A DNA stretch of 64,000 nt from Batkoa obscura. Taxonomy: Eukaryota. Within the stretch, counting starts at the first letter, position 1; every line of letters begins with the position of its first letter. The stretch spans positions 744,001-808,000 of the forward strand of contig JASVEC010000012.1 of the NCBI GenBank assembly GCA_030770535.1, in the 5' to 3' direction. The translations under genes and the position numbers were made by a program. The notes under the pieces were generated by a model. It made no database searches. It saw only the letters and a list, made by a program, of their open reading frames with translations, and was not told where the DNA came from. Below are positions 61,111-64,000 of this stretch, in pieces.

Positions 61111-62713
61111 ATAAAGTAAAAAGTTTTACTTTTATTTTTTATTTTACTTTTTTTGACTCTGTTGTCTATTTATACCATTTTCATTTCCATTTCCATTATT
61201 TATTTTTGGATAGCTTTTTCTAAATTTCCTAATTTGGTATTTTTTTTTTATCTCCCTATAGTCCTGCTAATGTTGTGACAAAATTACTCTAATTCATACA
61301 CAGTATTTTTAAAATTATGTTTAATTTAGTTTATGAGAAATTATAGCTTACTAATTTATTGTATTCTAATAAATTTCAAGAACAATTTAGTAACACAATG
61401 CCGCTACTGTTTTTATCAACCCTTTTAAATTTAACTATTAATTTAATATGTATGTATTTTTTTTGTTTAAGAGATAAATCTAATTAATAGTTGATTAAAA
61501 TCGAGAATGTTTATTATAACTAGTTTATGGTAAATTGAATATTAAGCCTCCTTATATTGTAGATTTTTTTTCCAATCTCTATCTATCAAAAAGCCAAACC
61601 ACTTAAATAGTAAAAGAATATTTATAATTTTAATCAAGTTATTGAACTCACTTGGGTTTATTCAATAACAGTTAGTTGCTACAAACGAAGTTAAGTCTAG
61701 CTTACCAATTTTAGCAATTTATTTATCTCCCCGATCAAATATTTGTTAATTATCTAAAATTAGTAATTCTTAAATTAATTAATTTGGGATATTTTACAAA
61801 CTTGAATACTTTGGCTAGTATAATAAATTCCAGGGTTAAGTTTGGGGTATTATTAAATTTGGTTTTGATATAATCTATGTTCAACCAAACTATTCGCTGC
61901 GGATGGTACATATTTTAATACTATATTATATTATTGGCCATCGTATATTGAATTAGATGTTATACCAATTTTTTTAATTTTTGATAGATTTTAGGGGACT
62001 GTAGAGTTTTAGAAAAGTTTAAACTTTATACAATAACATTATAGCACTATTTATGCATTGATTTAAAAATAAAAGTACAGTGTTGCAATAAAATCAGACT
62101 TTTCACAATGTAAAATATCCAGAATTCTAAAAAGCTGCGAATAAATTAAAATTATTGTCATGAAATTTGATGAATTCGGGGAGATAGAGAAATAGACTAA
62201 TTAAGTAATTGTAAAAAGCAGACCTAAATCAAAACAAAATTTAAGAAATGAAGACAGTATAAATAGACAGCAAGATTAAAACAAACAAAATAAAAATAAC
62301 AAACATTCAAATATATACTATGTCATTAAGATCCTTAGAAATGAAATTCAGAAAAAACAAAATATATAAAGAAGAGAATTTTGGCGACTCACTTTCTACT
62401 TTAATTCCTTATTCTAACTGGTGTACTGATGGTGATATTGCCTATGAGATTACTGAAAAAAAATTAACAGCCTTGAATTACTTATTAATTAAAAGAGTGT
62501 GTGGAGGAGACATTAAGAATTTAAAGTTCAAGGGTAAGGATTATTTACATTCTAAACTTACAATGGAAAATAAGGAACAATTAGTCTCATTGATTGAATC
62601 ATCCTCAAACCAAAAGTTACTAAAGTGGAGTATTAAATTAGATAGTAACAATAACTCAGAAAAAGTAAACTATCAAAATATCAAGCTTGAAACAAAGAAC
62701 GGTAAACTATTTG
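60714..62713. repeat. Perfect 328-bp inverted repeat (60714-61041 / 62386-62713) with a 1.34-kb spacer
   Basis: No mismatch seen by eye from GACTCACTTTCTACT to GGTAAACTATTTG; flanks diverge immediately. Confidence 0.92.
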
Positions 62714-63880
62714 GATTGAATTATCTACATGTTGGTAGTCAGGAATCATATATCATAAATTATAGTAACTCAGGTAAGTCATGGGAAATCATAAAAAGGG
62801 ATATAGACCAGGAAGGATTAAAGTTTGAATTAGATTCACTCCAGCTTAAAGTTTGTAAATTCCATTTCCAAATGAGCCAAATGAAATTACCAGAGCCCAT
62901 ATTGTTAATTGTACTTAGTCATATCATTAATTATCAAAGTCAAATTAGAAATCATTTTACAAGTCCAAAGTTGAATATTTCATTTTAGGCTTATAAGCAT
63001 CTATTTCCTATATCTTCTCTGTAACAGACTTATAAACCTATATCACCCATGCTTTCTACAATTTATGTTAATTATTGTTTTTTAAATAAACTCTATAAAA
63101 TATAAATTTTACTTTTTTAAAATTTCAAAGTTTACTATATCAAAAAGGATAAATATCACTTTATTAAGATAAAAGCGAGCTCAAAACAAGTTAGCTTTGC
63201 TTCTAACTTTATGATTTATAATATTAAAACTAAGGTGTTTAATGAATCAAGTGAACATTGTTCTTTGGATCACTTTTAAATAATTTAGGTTTCATTGTAG
63301 TTAGCTTAAGTGAATTATGACCTTTTAATTGCTTATTTGAGAGAAGATATTTAACTAAAGCTAAGTTAAAACCTAAGGATCAGGCTTTAAAAGAATTTTT
63401 CAAACAAGTTACTTGATTATAAGACTATTGGTAAATACATTGCCAATTTTCTTATATTAGTTGTATTTGTATTTTTCAATTTCAATTCAAGTTTATTTTT
63501 ATAAAATGTTATATTTTTGCATTAAGTTACTGAAACATATTATTTAAATAAATGAGATTCTTCAATTGTTATCTACAATAATTAATATGCTATAATAAAA
63601 TAATATTCAGTCGTCTATGTTTTTGATGTACTTGATTAATAATAGGACATAGTATTTATTATTTTACATTTAATTTTATATACAATTAATTAAAAGCGAA
63701 TTTATTAGCCATTTACCAATTTTAGTAGTTTATTTATCTCCCCGATCAAATTTTTTTGTAAGCTAACCAAAATTAATGACTTAAAGTCAAACTGGGGATA
63801 TTTTAAAAACTAGCTCTATAAAGATTAAGTGGATATTAAAATGTGACTTATGTCTAATTAAATAATTTGCTGCGAATAAA
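61701..63880 (+). repeat. Dispersed direct repeat of the upstream region (about 61701-61900 vs 63711-63880)
   Basis: TTACCAATTTTAG.A.TTTATTTATCTCCCCGATCAAAT...GGGATATTTTA...GCTGCG present in both. Confidence 0.75.
62320..62988 (+). CDS. Unknown lineage-specific protein (222 aa), intact member of the inverted pair
   Basis: Intronless ATG-to-stop ORF; TATAAATA at ~62258; paralog on the opposite strand with a conserved reading frame. Confidence 0.75.
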   Translation: MSLRSLEMKFRKNKIYKEENFGDSLSTLIPYSNWCTDGDIAYEITEKKLTALNYLLIKRVCGGDIKNLKFKGKDYLHSKLTMENKEQLVSLIESSSNQKLLKWSIKLDSNNNSEKVNYQNIKLETKNGKLFGLNYLHVGSQESYIINYSNSGKSWEIIKRDIDQEGLKFELDSLQLKVCKFHFQMSQMKLPEPILLIVLSHIINYQSQIRNHFTSPKLNISF

Positions 63881-64000
63881 GGATTTTTAACATTGTATTA
63901 TAAATTGTTAACTGTATCATAATGAAAATATAGTACTTTAATATTATCTTTAAGTTTACAATGGTCTTTAAGGAACTTCAATGAAACTTTAAAGGAATTG

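Overview
This is an AT-rich eukaryotic nuclear window with short GT-AG introns and poly-Asn tracts. It is most consistent with an early-diverging fungus (Zoopagomycota/Entomophthorales-like; taxon is inference only). Two dense blocks carry housekeeping genes: NTA1, TOM70 and an ARID/SWI1-like gene; then TBC1D5-like, VPS54, RTF2, KIN1/2, CHERP-like, two CNNM/MAM3 paralogs, a transcriptional cyclin, MTQ2, UBA1, tRNA-Leu(CAA), tRNA-Arg(ACG), DCD1, RPT2 and GCP2/SPC97. Between them lies a gene-sparse ~15-kb accessory island (9.0-24.3 kb) with three intronless secreted-protein genes. Two of these are head-to-head paralogs built from an unfamiliar ~60-aa six-cysteine module (23 vs 6 modules); the third is a bacterial-like alkaline-phosphatase-superfamily enzyme with a CACGTG box. 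A ~100-bp MITE occurs six times, five of them bracketing this island. At the right end, two inverted paralogs of an unknown gene share a 328-bp identical core with divergent flanks, and one lacks a start codon. This suggests a gene-conversion tract or an invertible C-terminus-swapping cassette. Exon boundaries were read by eye and are approximate; no database searches were run.
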